Origin: Nageia nagi | Lineage: Eukaryota > Plantae > Pinophyta | NCBI GenBank assembly: GCA_050084985.1 | Contig: JBITNC010000001.1 | Span: 172,236,001-172,300,000, forward strand | Direction of reading: 5' to 3' | DNA: 64,000 nt | Part shown: in pieces, positions 1-13,434 of the stretch | Layout of the letters: each line of letters opens with the position of its first letter | Position numbering within the stretch: the first letter of the stretch is position 1 | Position numbers and translations under genes: made by a program | Notes under the pieces: model-generated | What the model was told of the DNA's origin: nothing | Database searches by the model: none | The model's input: the letters and a program-made list of their open reading frames with translations, nothing else

Positions 1-959
1 AAAATTATAGTGCACCATTGATCAGTTTATGGATGGCATTAAATGATTCATTTATCTTATGTTGATATGAATGTTTATATGATGCATCTGACTATATTTA
101 TTTATGAGTTGCTTGTAGCTTGCAAGTTTCTTCTCAAGAGTGTAGGTTACCTACTTCGAATGGGTAGGTTCATCATCTCAACTTGTTAAATGACTAATTT
201 GTATAGTGAGACCAATTATAGTTAATAATTATATTATAAACCATTTATCAGATAGTAAAGTAGTGAGCCTCAATCTAAGATCTTGCTTATTTCTCAAAGA
301 TGTAAATGTTCTCATCTTTGATTGTATCTATATGGAGGAGAATTCTCTCTTTCATCTCTCCTCTTCGCTCTACCCCAATGTTGCATTAAGGGAGAGTGTT
401 AGAATGTATAATGTATTGTAAGGTCTCTTCATGTAGTTCACTAAATACTTGAGGGTATCCCTATATACCTTAATTATTTAGTGAATATGATAATGTAAAT
501 TCACTAATACTTAAAATTATCCCTATATACCTTTTAAGTATTTGTGAAAAAGATAATGTAACTTATCCTACACTCCATCTCATGAGCATGCCCCTAAGGT
601 AAAAGGGTGATACATGATATTACATTGTACAATGGTTAAAAGGGTGATCCAAGGGATGATTTTGGCCTATAAATATAGGGTCCCCTCCTTGAGATTGCTC
701 ACTAAAGTTTGTAGCAAACTTATGTTATTATCTAGGTTGTAGGAGAAGTAAAAAAGTGAGTGCTTCCAAGAGAGTGCTCTTTGATACTAAGATCTTAGAT
801 TAGTGAATGTACTCCCATGCTTAGAGAAACCACTTTATATTGGTGTTATCTTGTGTGAATGTTATTTTGAGTTTGAGTTCTTAATGATTAAGGAATTAGA
901 GAGAGATTTCATGTGATATTGGTATAATAGGAATTTATCTTGTAGGCTTCTTTCCTTCA
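1..959 (+). mobile_element. 3' end of a Ty1/copia LTR retrotransposon (3' non-coding region, PPT and 3' LTR), related to the element at 36542-45089
   Basis: 1-396 is colinear with ~44190-44600 (TTATAGTGCACCATTGAT...CTATGGAGGAGAA...TTGCATTAAGGGAGAG). PPT at ~388-396 is followed by TGTTAGAA. Confidence 0.85.
397..959 (+). repeat. LTR (563 bp) TGTTAGAA...TTCCTTCA
   Basis: TG...CA termini match the LTRs at 36542/44601; TATAAAT at ~668; shared TATATTGGTGTTATCTTGTGTGAATG block. Confidence 0.8.
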
Positions 960-1239
960 TAAAATACATCATTTATGAATCTTAATTGATTATGATGAAT
1001 AATGAGAGTGTGTATATATTTTCCCTAATGTGCATTCATAACATATGTTTGAATCCAATTAATTACATTTTTGTAAAATACTCAAAGGTCTCCAAACTAT
1101 ACTCGTTCTCATTATGTACACATCTTGTGATCATTGAATCCATTTTAAAACTATTATATGCATACCTTGCAATCATTACAATCTATGAGATGGTCTCTTT
1201 GCAAAAAAAAAAAAAAAAATTAACAATAAAAGTAAGATT

Positions 1240-1559
1240 ATAGTTTAAAACTTCTCTCTTAGGGTGTTTAAGGGTGATTTTAAACCCCTAAGATGATGAT
1301 TTTAAAATAATCAATAATGGTTTTTTAGGTGATTTTAAATCTTCATCTTATTATGTTGGCTTTTTTATGATGCTTAAAATAACAACAATTGAATAACTTC
1401 CCTTAAAGATCTTTTAGGGTAGTTTACAACCATCCTTAAAGATCTTTTTGGGCAGTTTAAAATTTCCTTTAAAGATCTTTTAGGGTGGTCTAAAATTACC
1501 CTTAAAGATCTTTTAGGGTGATTTAAAACTACCCTTAAAGGCTTTTTTTTGGTGTAGTG
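1240..1559. mobile_element. CACTA (En/Spm) DNA transposon terminus with subterminal repeats
   Basis: Ends TTTTTTGGTGTAGTG (reverse complement CACTACACCAAAAAA), preceded by ~33-bp tandem units ACCCTTAAAGATCTTTTAGGGTGATTTAAAACT. Confidence 0.8.
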
Positions 1560-1958
1560 ACTATTTCTTAGAAATTTGTGGGTGTATTACATAAGCCAAA
1601 AGGGAGAATACAATATGCATATCTTCCCCAATGATAGATGAAGTTATTTTTTCATAATCTTTTTATCCATTTGGATTTGATTGTAGCCATTGAAAATATC
1701 TAAAAATTATTTTATTTTATTTTTTCTGATAAGTGTATGTAAAACATGATCAATGAATGGTAATGATCACAAGTAAATTTTCTTGTTTGCTTCATTAAGC
1801 TCTTAGTAATTGACATAAATTATTCATTTATATTTCTTCTTTGGGAATTATGACTAAAGGATAAATTCATTCATTGCTATCTATATGATAAACAAATCCT
1901 ACATTTAAGAGTTTTTGGAGTTTAATCTTAACTATCTCCTTCAAAATCAGGTTGATTA

Positions 1959-3263
1959 CACTAATATAATTAATGATTTTACATCATACCATACATTAGA
2001 TAATTGCATTTTGATGCCATGATACAAGATGCATTACTATTTGGCATGTCTGTGTCAATTTATATCCAACTAGTTTTTTTTATGTGTTAGTTGACATATG
2101 GATTGACATATTGATTGATGTATTGGTTGATGCATTAACTACGTCAAACAATACATTAAGTCAAAAAGAGAATTAAAAAAAGGCATGGATCATGGCATGA
2201 TCCACTCTCGACTGTCGATGCATTCCCTTGATTGAATATTGATTTTGAATGATGGGAAAAATTAAGTTTGATGCCATTGATAAGTGAATGAAGGAGCTTT
2301 CCCTCTACAAAGGCATTGTTGGTGATTCTAGTCTGCAGGAGCTAAAGACATGTTGAAGAGCATAGAGAGTAGTGTGTATTTGTATTTTGTAGTAAGCAAA
2401 ATATGTATTGTGTGCTTCAATCGCCCATCTCCATAGAGTTGTGTGAGAGTGATATTCATATTAATATGGAGAATATCATTTTCCTGGGTAACTAATGAGA
2501 TTTTATGATTGACAATGTAGGTCTATAAGAGCTACCAAAGACATGTATTTCCTCGATAACCATTGATACTATTTCATCAAATGCAACAAACAACAACAAT
2601 AGTCCAACCATATCAATTCACCTTTCCTATTATTCTAGCAACATGGGCAAAACTAGGAAATTTGCAATTGAGTTTATACATATATCAAAGACTCTTTAAA
2701 AGCAAATTTCTATTAGATGTTATGGTTGTGAGTGCCTTGGTAGATATGTATGCAAAATATGAAGGCATGCAAATTATTTGATAAGATGCATGATGCAAAC
2801 CAGACATCTTCCCATGGAATATGATAATTTCAAGTTACCAAAGACATAGCTTTCATCGACAACCATTAACACTTTCTCACCAAATGCAAAAAATAGTAGT
2901 AGTAGTCTAACTATATCAATTCATCTTTCCCCTGCATCCTCAAAGTATTCACCAAAATAGATTATTTTGATGCTATAAATGATGCAACACTTGACACTTT
3001 ATATGTCTAGTAGAACATCTTTAATTAACGCATCACTAAAATATACATTTGATGAATATCAAGATATTTATAATGTCAATTGTTTAATGCTTAGAATGTT
3101 GATACATGATGTAATGAAAGATGTTACAATTAATGCAAAAAATGGCATTTTATTTGAAAGAACTCTTAGTGTCAATTTATATGTCATGATTTCTACGATT
3201 TTTTTTAAATAATACTATAGATTGATGCATGGTATGATATAAAATTGGTTAAGTGTTGTAGTT
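1959..3263. mobile_element. Decayed non-autonomous TIR element (Pack-CACTA-like) carrying a PPR fragment
   Basis: CACTA at 1959 and TAGTT at 3259-3263; imperfect terminal inverted repeat (ATTTTACATCATACCATACAT / ATGCATGGTATGATATAAAAT); many TGATGC subterminal motifs. No clean 3-bp TSD. Confidence 0.5.
2490..2960 (+). pseudogene. PLS-class pentatricopeptide repeat (PPR) gene fragment, frameshifted
   Basis: LFHQMQ...QPYQFTFPIILATWAKLGNL...DVMVVSALVDMYAK, then FDKMHDA in another frame: typical PLS PPR motifs. Confidence 0.8.
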
Positions 3264-3779
3264 ATCAACATTTAGATTTTCAAACAAGGTTACAATATCA
3301 TTCCTCAATGTAAAATCTATGAGTACACATGTGGGATAAATATATTGCATGCCTATATAATTCCATGAAAGTGCATTTCATATGTTTTTGATATATTAGT
3401 GAGTTGTTTCTCTTAAGAAAGTTTTAACTAGTGATTGATGTTCAATATTTCACTAGGCTAAACTTTAATTTGTTTACTAGTTTTTCATTGAGTCTCTATG
3501 CACACAGTGTCCTCAAGAAATTTATCGATTATACAATTACAACGAAGAAGTTGATGGAATATTATCAAGTCTTCTTGTGATATTTTCATAATCTGTAATG
3601 AATAATCAAAATTAGATACATCAATGAGCCTTTTTATGTTCTCTCTCACTTCAAAAGAAAGTGATTGGGATGTTGAGGGGTCTTATCATTTCCATCAATT
3701 AAGTAGATAATAGATAAGATTTGTTTCAAGTTCTCATCATTTGAGTTATTGATCCATGCGAGGGGATCAATGATTACTT

Positions 3780-5560
3780 ATGGAAGTAGGAATAAAGATA
3801 GTTATTATATGTGTAAACCATTTGAGATGGTCATGTTGTTAATATAAGCATCAACTATTGCCAACCATGACCTCCCTAAAATTAATGAGTATTCCTTTAT
3901 GGTGGATTTTGGTTGGTAGAGCATAAAGTCAATGGAATATTCCCATGAGTTTATATCAAATAATATGTCTTTTAACATACCTTCAAGTTTTATAATTGAT
4001 CTATTAGTATTTTAAAGTATTCTCTATGTTACACATATTAGAAAGTTCCAATTGATCCATATTCATCAACTTCACAGTTACCCTCAAATAAATTAAGGCA
4101 TTTTGTATTAAATGATTACCAATGTATACATTGACAATTGGTCTACCTAGGTCCTCATACTTTTGAGTCGGTATTTTTATAGACATGGTTAGAGTGTTGA
4201 CCTACTACCTAGATCATAATAGAGTCTTTCTTTTATTGACTAGGTTTCTTAATGCAAAGGTTCCTAATGGTTTTAGTATATATTGAGACATATTTAATGG
4301 ATTTAATAAAATATATTTTGATGGTAATATTTTTGAGATCATATAATTAATCAAAATTGGTTTTAACTTCCTTGGTTTGTAGGACTAGCCTGTGAGAAAA
4401 TAATGAATCATTTTGTTTAGTTATAGTCTCCTTTGGTGTTGGAGATTGCTCCTTTATAGTTATATTTTCATAAGGAGAATGCCCTTCTTTTGTCTGTTCC
4501 ATAACAATTAGTGGAAGTAGCTTGGATAATACCTTTCCAAATCTAAGTTGAAGCTCATTACAATTTATTAGATTGATAGTGTAGGAAGATGGATATTATG
4601 TTTCATTTGTATAAACTGCATGAGCTTATTTATTATTGAGATTGGTGTAGGTTGGGCTAACAATAAAGGTTGGTTAGCAGTTGGTTCTATATGAGATTGG
4701 TGGGAGGGGGCATACAATATTGTGGGGGTTGTAGTGTGAAATTGGATGCTTTACTTCTTCATTAGGGTGAATTATTTGGTTAATTTATTTGTTGAGACCA
4801 AGTTGTAGATTATTGTCAATTGAAGGTCTATTGTGGTTAGGTAGGAACTAGTTATATTTAATTTTATGATGGATTCCATCCTATTGTATCAGAGTTATAT
4901 GGGAAGTTATAAGAACCATTTATGTGATCATATGAAGTATAAGAGGAGTTATATCGTACATACCTATGTATGGTATTGGTGGCCTCCTATGTTTAATGAA
5001 ATAAATATCTTTTGTATTTGAATTCCTACACTTCTTAACAACAAGATTGATTTCTGGTAGCATTGGACAATTTATAGATGTTGTAAATGATTGTCTTATC
5101 TTATGGACATTCATGTAATGCATATTTATATCTACATCTTGAGCAATATAGAACTAATATTTTATCGTTCACTACCTTAATCATAAGGGTATCCATTATC
5201 GTTAGTGTATCATTATATCCATCTTCAAGTATACTATCAAATTATTGATTTTTACTTTTGTAATACCTCCAACTATTTTGGTACCAATTTGGTTTGAGCG
5301 CACATTGTACTTAGTACATGAGCAGTTTCTATACATGTTATAAATTTCTTTAAAGTTCTTTGAGATGTCTCCACTCCCTATGAGATTGAGGGCCTTCATA
5401 CAATCTTCGTGGATGCCTCTCAAAAAGACACTTTTCAATGAGGCATTGTCCATCTTTAAATTGCTTCATTGGAATATGAACAAAAACCTCTCCAAATAGT
5501 CCTCCAATATCTTATCTTCTCTATACGAAATATAAAAGATCTCATTGTGAATATCACATA
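3780..5560 (-). mobile_element. Decayed Ty3/gypsy (Athila-like) gag and aspartic protease remnant
   Basis: ORF 4004-4186 KYEDLGRPIVNVYIGNHLIQNALI resembles the K.KDPG.P.I...IG...AL.DLG protease entry; ORF 5202-5453 LKSVFLRGI...ALNL resembles retrotransposon gag. Confidence 0.65.
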
Positions 5561-5959
5561 AAACCTCATATATTATTATATAATAACTAATATATTACCA
5601 TATCACACTCACTCTATATACAAAGATAAATCAACCTCTTAGAAAAATAGTAGAGTATAAATTTAAAACCATGCAAAATAGTGGATCTCCACTTAAAGAA
5701 GTTTGTAAATAGGGGTGTTGAAATCTATCGAGGTTCAAATCTCACCCCTCTAATGTAAAAGAACATGATATAATCTCAAAGTGTAGACAAAGTAAAAAAC
5801 AAATCCATAATAACTTTAACGAAAAAAATAATCTTAATCATGACAAACAAAATGTAACTCTTTAATAACTTTGACAAAATAACCACTTAACTAAACTTCA
5901 AAAAAAAAAAAAAAAAAACCTATTCAAAGATTGTTTTAAAAAACAACATTGTGCTTTCA

Positions 5960-6307
5960 TAAAGATAGGGTTTAGTATTTAGTCCACGATATAAGAAGCA
6001 CGAGGGTTTTATTTCATGGTAGCTCTCTCTCTTCGCAGAGGCAGATCATTATTTTTCTAATCACAGGAAACTTCGACAAACCCTTCCAATTAGGGTTTCA
6101 TTACGGAATTTTGAGTATACTTGGGTATATACATTGAATTTATTTCCATCGGCGACCGTGTATATACCTTGAAACCCTAACGACCACGAGAATGTGTTCA
6201 GCAAGCTGTCGTTGCAGGCTGAGGAGAAAGAAGAAGATTGCGCTGTTTTGTTGAATAATGGTGAATTCTTTCAAGGTTGAAGTCGCTGCCCTTGACTGCA
6301 GGTACCA
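5960..6307 (+). promoter_or_regulatory. Putative Pol II promoter and first (non-coding) exon with telo-boxes
   Basis: Abrupt gain of CpG; telo-boxes TAGGGTTT at 5966 and 6091 and AAACCCTAA at 6172 (another at 6636); TATA-like TATAAGA ~5990; CT-rich tract 6023-6034; splice donor CAG|GTACC at 6301/6302 followed by T-rich intron-like sequence. Confidence 0.6.
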
Positions 6308-9234
6308 GAAACTCTTTATTTCTTCGTGTGTTCGTGTCTTTACATCTATTCAAGGAATTTTCGCTATTAAACGCGTTCATGTTTTTCTTTTGGTACTGAG
6401 CATGGCGTTCAACTCAAATTAGCCCTAAAAAGGAGATATTTGTTGACAAAACTCTGAAGATTTGAACTCGCTTGGAGTAAATAGTTTTTTTTTTTTGGTG
6501 ATTTTATAAAATATTGCGCCTGCAGTTTAAGTAGAGGTTTAGGATTCATGGCATGTGTTTGAGACTGATACGTGGATAAGTAGTGCGTTTGTTCTGGACA
6601 AATTTGAGTATTGCTTGAGACTGATAAAAGGGATTTAGGGTTTCTTCATTTAACCCTATGCAGTGTGTGCTGTATTTGTCGCGAACTTATTGTTTTCAAC
6701 CAAATATTTAATAGATCTGTTGGCAGAGTAAGCGTTTTCAACTATCTCGAAGTAGTTTGAGCTCGGACATGGAGGCTAACTGCAATGAAAATGAATGAAT
6801 GCTTTGAAAAAATTTAAAAGCCGTTTTTGAAAAGGGGCAGGAAGATCAAGCAGAAGAAAAATAAATACGAAAAACTAAACTACTTGACACTTACGTTTTT
6901 TACATACCAAATTCCCAACTTTACTGTCTTTTCATGACCCCACTCAACTCAAGACAGATGTGCCTTAATCTGTTCATTAGATGATTATACGTGATGTACT
7001 TGATTTTTGAAAAAAACTATATTATATTATTTATCCATGAAAGATGCATATTTTAAGCTGGTTTGTTGTTTTAATATTAATTATAATACACCTCTACATT
7101 AACCACCCATATTCTCAAACTAAGTATCATGTCTTTAAATCTTTGACTAAAATAACTGACGTCTTTATTCTTGTTCAATAAAATACCAGTGGCTATATTA
7201 CGGTCCATATGAAAAACTTTTTTTCATAAGATAATCTATTTCAAGTTTTTGGTTTAGCAAGTGAATGCCTTACCTTCCATGCAAATGTACTTAGTTGGAC
7301 AGAAATAACAAAGAAAAGTTCCGTAAGAGTTAACTTATCCATTGAAGCTTCATACCTCAATTACTCCTTTGGGTTGGGTGTTCTACTAGAACCTATATCT
7401 GTTTTGATTACGATTTCAGTTGTTCCTTGAGAACAACATCTAAATAGATCACCTTTATTTGCATAGACAAGTACTTCAAATTCATTTCCAGTTTCTCTTG
7501 CTTGACTCTTTCATTTATTAGTCTCAAATGTGGCATATACTTCTTTTTGCTGAAAAAATGTTATGTCAACATATATAATTGCAAATTTTCCTGTGAATGA
7601 TTCAAGAGCAGTTCAATTATCAACCTCACAAATGTGCATGGGGCATTTGCTTGTCAAAATCGTAAGTAGCCATTTGTAAAGTAATTTTTGTTTAGAAGGT
7701 TGCCCTCTACTCCTACCTTCTTCTAGTTTTAATGGTAACTTTTCAAACTAACCAATCGCTAAAACAGACAAGATCCACTTAAACAATGCATATTTTCATC
7801 CATTTCAGGTTGTGGGAACACACTGATTTTGATTTTCATTCGCATAAACTTTCTTTTATGAGTCCTCTTACATGCAAATGTTGTATCAAGCCTGAGCATT
7901 TTATTAGTTCTCTTCCATGCGAATGATGTATCAATGCTAAGCATGTTCTGGAATTCTTGGCAATATTTAAGAACTTTATATAAAAACCAAAAATGCCCCA
8001 ATGTTCCTTATGTCTGTTTCCTGTTTTTTCATTTGGAGGAGTTCAATATTTTCCTATCCCTTCAAAATGTGAATTTGTTTTTCCTCCAATCACGTGTTGC
8101 AACACAATCAAAACATCATAATAATAGACTTCTATTTGAAAGATTCCTGTGTGTTTTGTAGCAACAGTTTTTCAGTGACCACTTGGCAGCCATGGAATTT
8201 TATGACAAGTATGAAGTTTACACTTTCTTCTCATATTTCAGCGCACATCAAATCTTTTATTGTTTTGCCATCTATATTCAGCTTCAAAAACTTGAGCTTT
8301 GAATTTTGTTCACTAGATGATCTGTTCTTCCCACTCTCTTCATATTGTGCTCTACATCATTTTAATGTCCAATCCCATGCCTTTGTTGCCCAATCTCCAA
8401 CTCTGCAAGTCTATTTCAACAATGGCACTAGTTTCTTTGTCTGGCAGATGGTATTGGAGCTGATTTCCTTCTCACATTCAATAGAGCTTGAGAAGTTGGA
8501 AAGGATCAAATCTGACATTAGGGAATTTCGGAGTGAGATCTTAGCCTGTTTGTTGAAATTCATCATCACAAGGGAAGAGTGCAAAACATCAATGATATCA
8601 ACAATCTGATCGAAACAAATGCAATGTATGCAAAATAGAGAAGAGTTGATAACTTACAGATCCAAGGTATGCTTCATGTTATGGCCATTTAACATGATAA
8701 CTTAGTAGTAGAGGGAAAAAACAACGACCTGATAGCTGAAGTAATTGCTGATGGCATGATGCAACCTCCTCACGTAGTAATCCAAGAAATAAATATGCAA
8801 ATTATGATACCAAACAAAGTCTTCTCTATTTACATTGCTATAATTAGGTTTGGGCACACCGTTAAAATCTAATTAGGCCAAACATTCAATACAGCAAAGC
8901 CTGAGAACAATGCGGATCACTTGATCGGAGCGATGTGTCTATTGTATGTATTGGAATGTGCCAAAACAGGAGAATAACATGCCCTCCTTTACAGTTGATA
9001 ATGTCCTGAACTAACACAATCAATATGGGAATTTTGTTTGTGAGCCTTGTACAAATTCAAAGGCACTCATAGTGGATTTGATCCTGAAGTAGTTTTAGAA
9101 TTTAAAGCTGTCAGGCTAGCCAGATGAGTATGTAGGTCCTCTTCTTTATTTTAAAGGGCTACCAGAGTGGATTTGGTTTTGAAATATTTTCATAAATCAG
9201 AGCTGTCAGGCTAGCCAAATGAGCATGTATGTCA

Positions 9235-9540
9235 AGTCCTGTACTTCTTAAGTCCCTTTGGATCATTGGATATTAACTTTAATTCATGGTGTGGAGTGGT
9301 CAAATTGGTTCATATCAATGATCTATGTGGTCTTAACCATTAGTAATTGGTGGAAACTGGAAAGTGATCCACCTCATCTGCCAGCCGAGTCCTGTACTTC
9401 TTAAGTCCCTTTGGATCATTGGATATTAACTTTAATTCATGGTGTGGAGTGGTCAAATTGGTTCATATCAATGATCTATGTGGTCTTAACCATTAGTAAT
9501 TGGTGGAAACTGGAAAGTGATCCACCTCATCTGCCAGCCG
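9235..9540. repeat. Tandem duplication 2 x 153 bp
   Basis: AGTCCTGTACTTC...CTGCCAGCCG at 9235-9387 and 9388-9540; no differences seen. Confidence 0.95.
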
Positions 9541-11050
9541 TTTCTTTTTCATTTTGTTGCATAAAGACATATTACTTAGTCACAAAAACCAAGTTATCTT
9601 GCACTTATGCCCCTTATTACAAAGAAAGGAGGAAAAAAAATAACATTAATGCCCATGGGTTATCTAAGTAAGTTGACGAGACTACAAAAAGTAGTTTGAT
9701 ACTAACCAACTATATGAGTTTGAAACTTTGAAGGATTGATGCTACTATCATCATGGAATTTTTGTCCATGTCCAAAAATGATTTGGTTTGATACCAAACT
9801 AAGAAATTTCCCATTTTTTGAAATTGTGTTGAAGGTAGAATGTGGTCCCCAGCCAAGGGAAGGACTCTAACCCTGTTCTGTGTCCTGAAAAAGCAACACT
9901 ATGCCACTTATATTCATCATAAGCCATTCCATGCAATTTTAAGGCCTATCATATTGTTTATGGATTTTGTTAACAATTGGTAAAACTGTTAAAGGGTTCT
10001 TTTGTTTTGTGGGGATCCTTCATCATGCTCTTGTCCTCTTCTCAATCCATGCTTCATTCGTGACTTGTCTATTTTTACCTCTACTAATTTTGTGCAGTGG
10101 TACACATGAGGTTTATTAACATTAAAGAAGCTTGGTTTCCTTCTGTATTTTGTTTTGCCTATATTTCTTTATTATGAGTGAATAATAGCAACAATGCATT
10201 ACATTAATAATGTCATATCCACAAAACAGACTACCAAATATTAATGATTGTTTGAAGGTGCACAAAGTTTGAGTATTGAAATATGATTGTTGATGCATCT
10301 TCAAAGGGCAAACACCACATGCTCAAATTAAGAAACAAATTCCACAATGGTGATACTATGAAGCGTCATTTTCAATTTAACAAGGTATAATTATATTCAA
10401 GCTAATAATAGGATAAAAAAATTAATACAGCATATAGAAGACTAGCTTGGGGTTTTGTGCACAATGGATTGGCATGACATGATACTTAAACTGTCTAAAA
10501 TCAAATGCTATTGTTGTTGACAAATAATTTGAGAAATTATTGTTGTTGTAAGTTGATTGAGGAAAAAGCTGCCACAGCTGTTCTATTGCTTAGTATCTTA
10601 TAAGAAGTATAAACTGCCTAAAATAAAAGCCACCATTGGCAAATAATTTGGGCCATTGGTTTCCTCTATGATGATTTCTGACTCAATTATCATCACTATT
10701 TAACATTGTACGATATATAGATGGCCTATACCATAGTATACAAATTCTCTAAAAAACATGTATTTACGCTTATTCCCCTCCGTGTATTCCTATTTAAATG
10801 CTGTATTCCTTTTTAAAAATTTTTCTTTGTGTGTTTTTTCCGGTTTATCCCTTTTTTTTGCTGTTTTCTATTTGTCAGTAGTGGCTCTTGATTTATGGGC
10901 CTATTCATCATAAAATGATAAGTAGTAGACACTTTTTTTCTGGGTTATCATTCAACAAACTTGACAGACTCAACTATTTACAAACTGTCGCTTTGATTTA
11001 GATCATTTATTCATCACACAATGCTTATTAAGGGAAATACTATGACTGTT

Positions 11051-11238
11051 GGATCACTTCGAACAATATGGCCCAAATTTATTGTTGGTTTCTAATCTGT
11101 GTTGTGCAAGCAAATTAAAATGTTAAGTGTCAATTTCTGTCGTAGGATCACTTCCAACAATATGGCCCAAATTTGTTGTTGGTTTCTAATCTGTGTTGTG
11201 CATGCAAAGTAAAATGTTAAGCATCAATTTCTGTTGTA
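11051..11238. repeat. Tandem duplication 2 x 94 bp
   Basis: GGATCACTTC.AACAATATGGCCCAAATTT starts at 11051 and 11145, with a few mismatches. Confidence 0.9.
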
Positions 11239-12958
11239 AATTCCGACACCGTCAGTAGAATTGACTTTTAATAGGTCATTTATCTCTTTAAAATGTAAGA
11301 AGTACAGTTGTGTTGAGATTTTCATGGTTGGAAAACACAATTGTACAAAACATCATGGTAGTTCTACTGCCAGAAACATTATCATGCAAAACGGTTGTTT
11401 GTAAATTTTTACTGGTTGCCATCATATGTAGGTGTATGTGGAATATTAGTTTGTGCCAAATAAATCTTATCAGACAATGCTTGGTATGCATGAAGAAATT
11501 GAGAATCTGCCTAATCAGAAGATGGAAGTAGCAATTCTTTAGTTGAATTATATGTCAACTGATTTGGTCAATATAGTGGAAAAATTGAATTTTGCTGATT
11601 TTGTCATCTCAGCTTAGACTTTGTCATATCAACAGACTATGTTCAGCAATTTGAACTCTAACAGTATTCCTCTGCTTTGCAAATAGTATCTGTAAAATCT
11701 GTCCCTGAAAACAACCATTTCCAATCTTCTGCGTGGCTGTTGGCATCATAAGAACATCATCTGTTTCATTACTCTATAAACTACTGCTACTGACTTGCAG
11801 CTGAAGGTGGATGATTGTATAATCTATTCGTTGTTTGTTGTTACCTGTCTGCATTGCTTCACAGTCATTGGTGTTGCTTGTGCTGACTATACCTATGTTT
11901 GAGCTGTTATTGCGGGTAACTGTCGATGATTTTAGCTGTTTCATGATAGAGCCATGTGTTCTGCTGTAGGGAGAAAACTGGGAATTGAAAATGTACGAGA
12001 AAATTGAGGAGACAATCAATGGTTTGCAGACTTGGCCCTTAATCTCAGTGATTGATTTGGAGTACATGTCATGTTGTGCTATTACAATGTAAATTTCTAA
12101 TTTATGTTATCATCTTGTTATCCTTACTCCATGTACAATTTTTACTTTTGTTTTTTTAAGAAAGATCTGCCTTGAGTTGTAGATATCTAAGACTGTAAAG
12201 TGTTAATATTTTATTAGTCATATGGTCTAGTTATAGTTGAATGTCATTTTTTTATTAGAGTCGTTCAATATAACATGGATGATAGAACTCACTATCAAAG
12301 ATTTGGACATAGGAGTAGCCCATTTACTTAATACTATACTATATATTACATAGGCACACATCAAATGTAGTGTAATAATTATCTATGTAATACAATATTA
12401 TATATTGTGGATTTGTAAATTAAATAAGTTTTCTTACAATTTTATTTTATTTATAATGGAATGTTTATGTATTTAATGAAAATATTACATTATTGTAACC
12501 ACGTTGAAATCAAAATGGATTTTGGAAATCAGAATTCATGGATATGATTTTATAAAATATACATTTTCAAGTAATTTGCAAATAAATTTTGAATTTTTAA
12601 ATTATATTTTGTACTGGAATATGAAGATTAGATGTACAATTTAGAACATGTTTTTGATATGTATTTTAAATCTACTAGTATTTCACTCAAACCAGGTGAC
12701 TTAAGAACATATGCTAGGATGCCAAAAAAGGTTGTTTTCCAAATTAGATACAAATGTGCAGTGAAAGAGCAACCAAAACGAGATATGTGCTTCAGACCAA
12801 TGACACTCAGACCAAATAAGGAGATCCGGTTTTGACTATTGTTCTGTGAATGATTTGATGTGTCTTTTAATATTATTTTGATTCAATTTTTACAAAATCC
12901 TGTGTTATCGTGGTCTGTAAAAATCATTCCTTCATCAGTTCTTGTTTTTATGCTGCAG

Positions 12959-13123
12959 CTGAGAGTAGAAAGTTCAATTCACCTAGGACCATCTTTTTAT
13001 TAAACATTAATGTATTCTCCAGTTCTAAGTTCGGGTCTTACACAGGAGTCTACAAGACTAGTAAACCATTGTTGCATTGGAAAAGCATCTATCATGTTCA
13101 AAATAAAATTCAATGTTAGAAAG
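12959..13123 (+). other. Putative non-coding internal exon (165 nt)
   Basis: Acceptor TTCTTGTTTTTATGCTGCAG| at 12958 and strong donor AAG|GTAAGT at 13124; no recognisable protein. Confidence 0.4.
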
Positions 13124-13434
13124 GTAAGTGGGAAAGAAGAACTTCAGGTTGGTGTATATGACTATTGAGTTGAGGCACTTGCCAATTCTCTGGATTTTAT
13201 AGTTGAAGCAATCCTATAGTTTACTCAAGTGATCCATATGAAAGCCTTTGATAATTAAGGAAAAGACTGTTTAACTTGAATCACATTCAAAGCATGATCA
13301 GCCTTGGCGATGTTCATAATATTTAATGAAGGTAATGTAATGGACCTGGAAAGTTCTTAATTTGGCTTTTAGATGACAAGACAAAAATTCTATGAAAACA
13401 TTAAACACTTGTTTTGTTAAAACAAACTTCAAAA

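Noticed and set aside
5710-5755. B-box-like GAGGTTCAAATCTCACCCC similar to the SINE heads
   Set aside because: No A-box, tail or TSD detectable; too degenerate.
7250-8650. ORF 8094-8609 (171 aa) and neighbouring ORFs
   Set aside because: No identifiable motif; may be a very old minus-strand retroelement fragment, but I cannot support a call.
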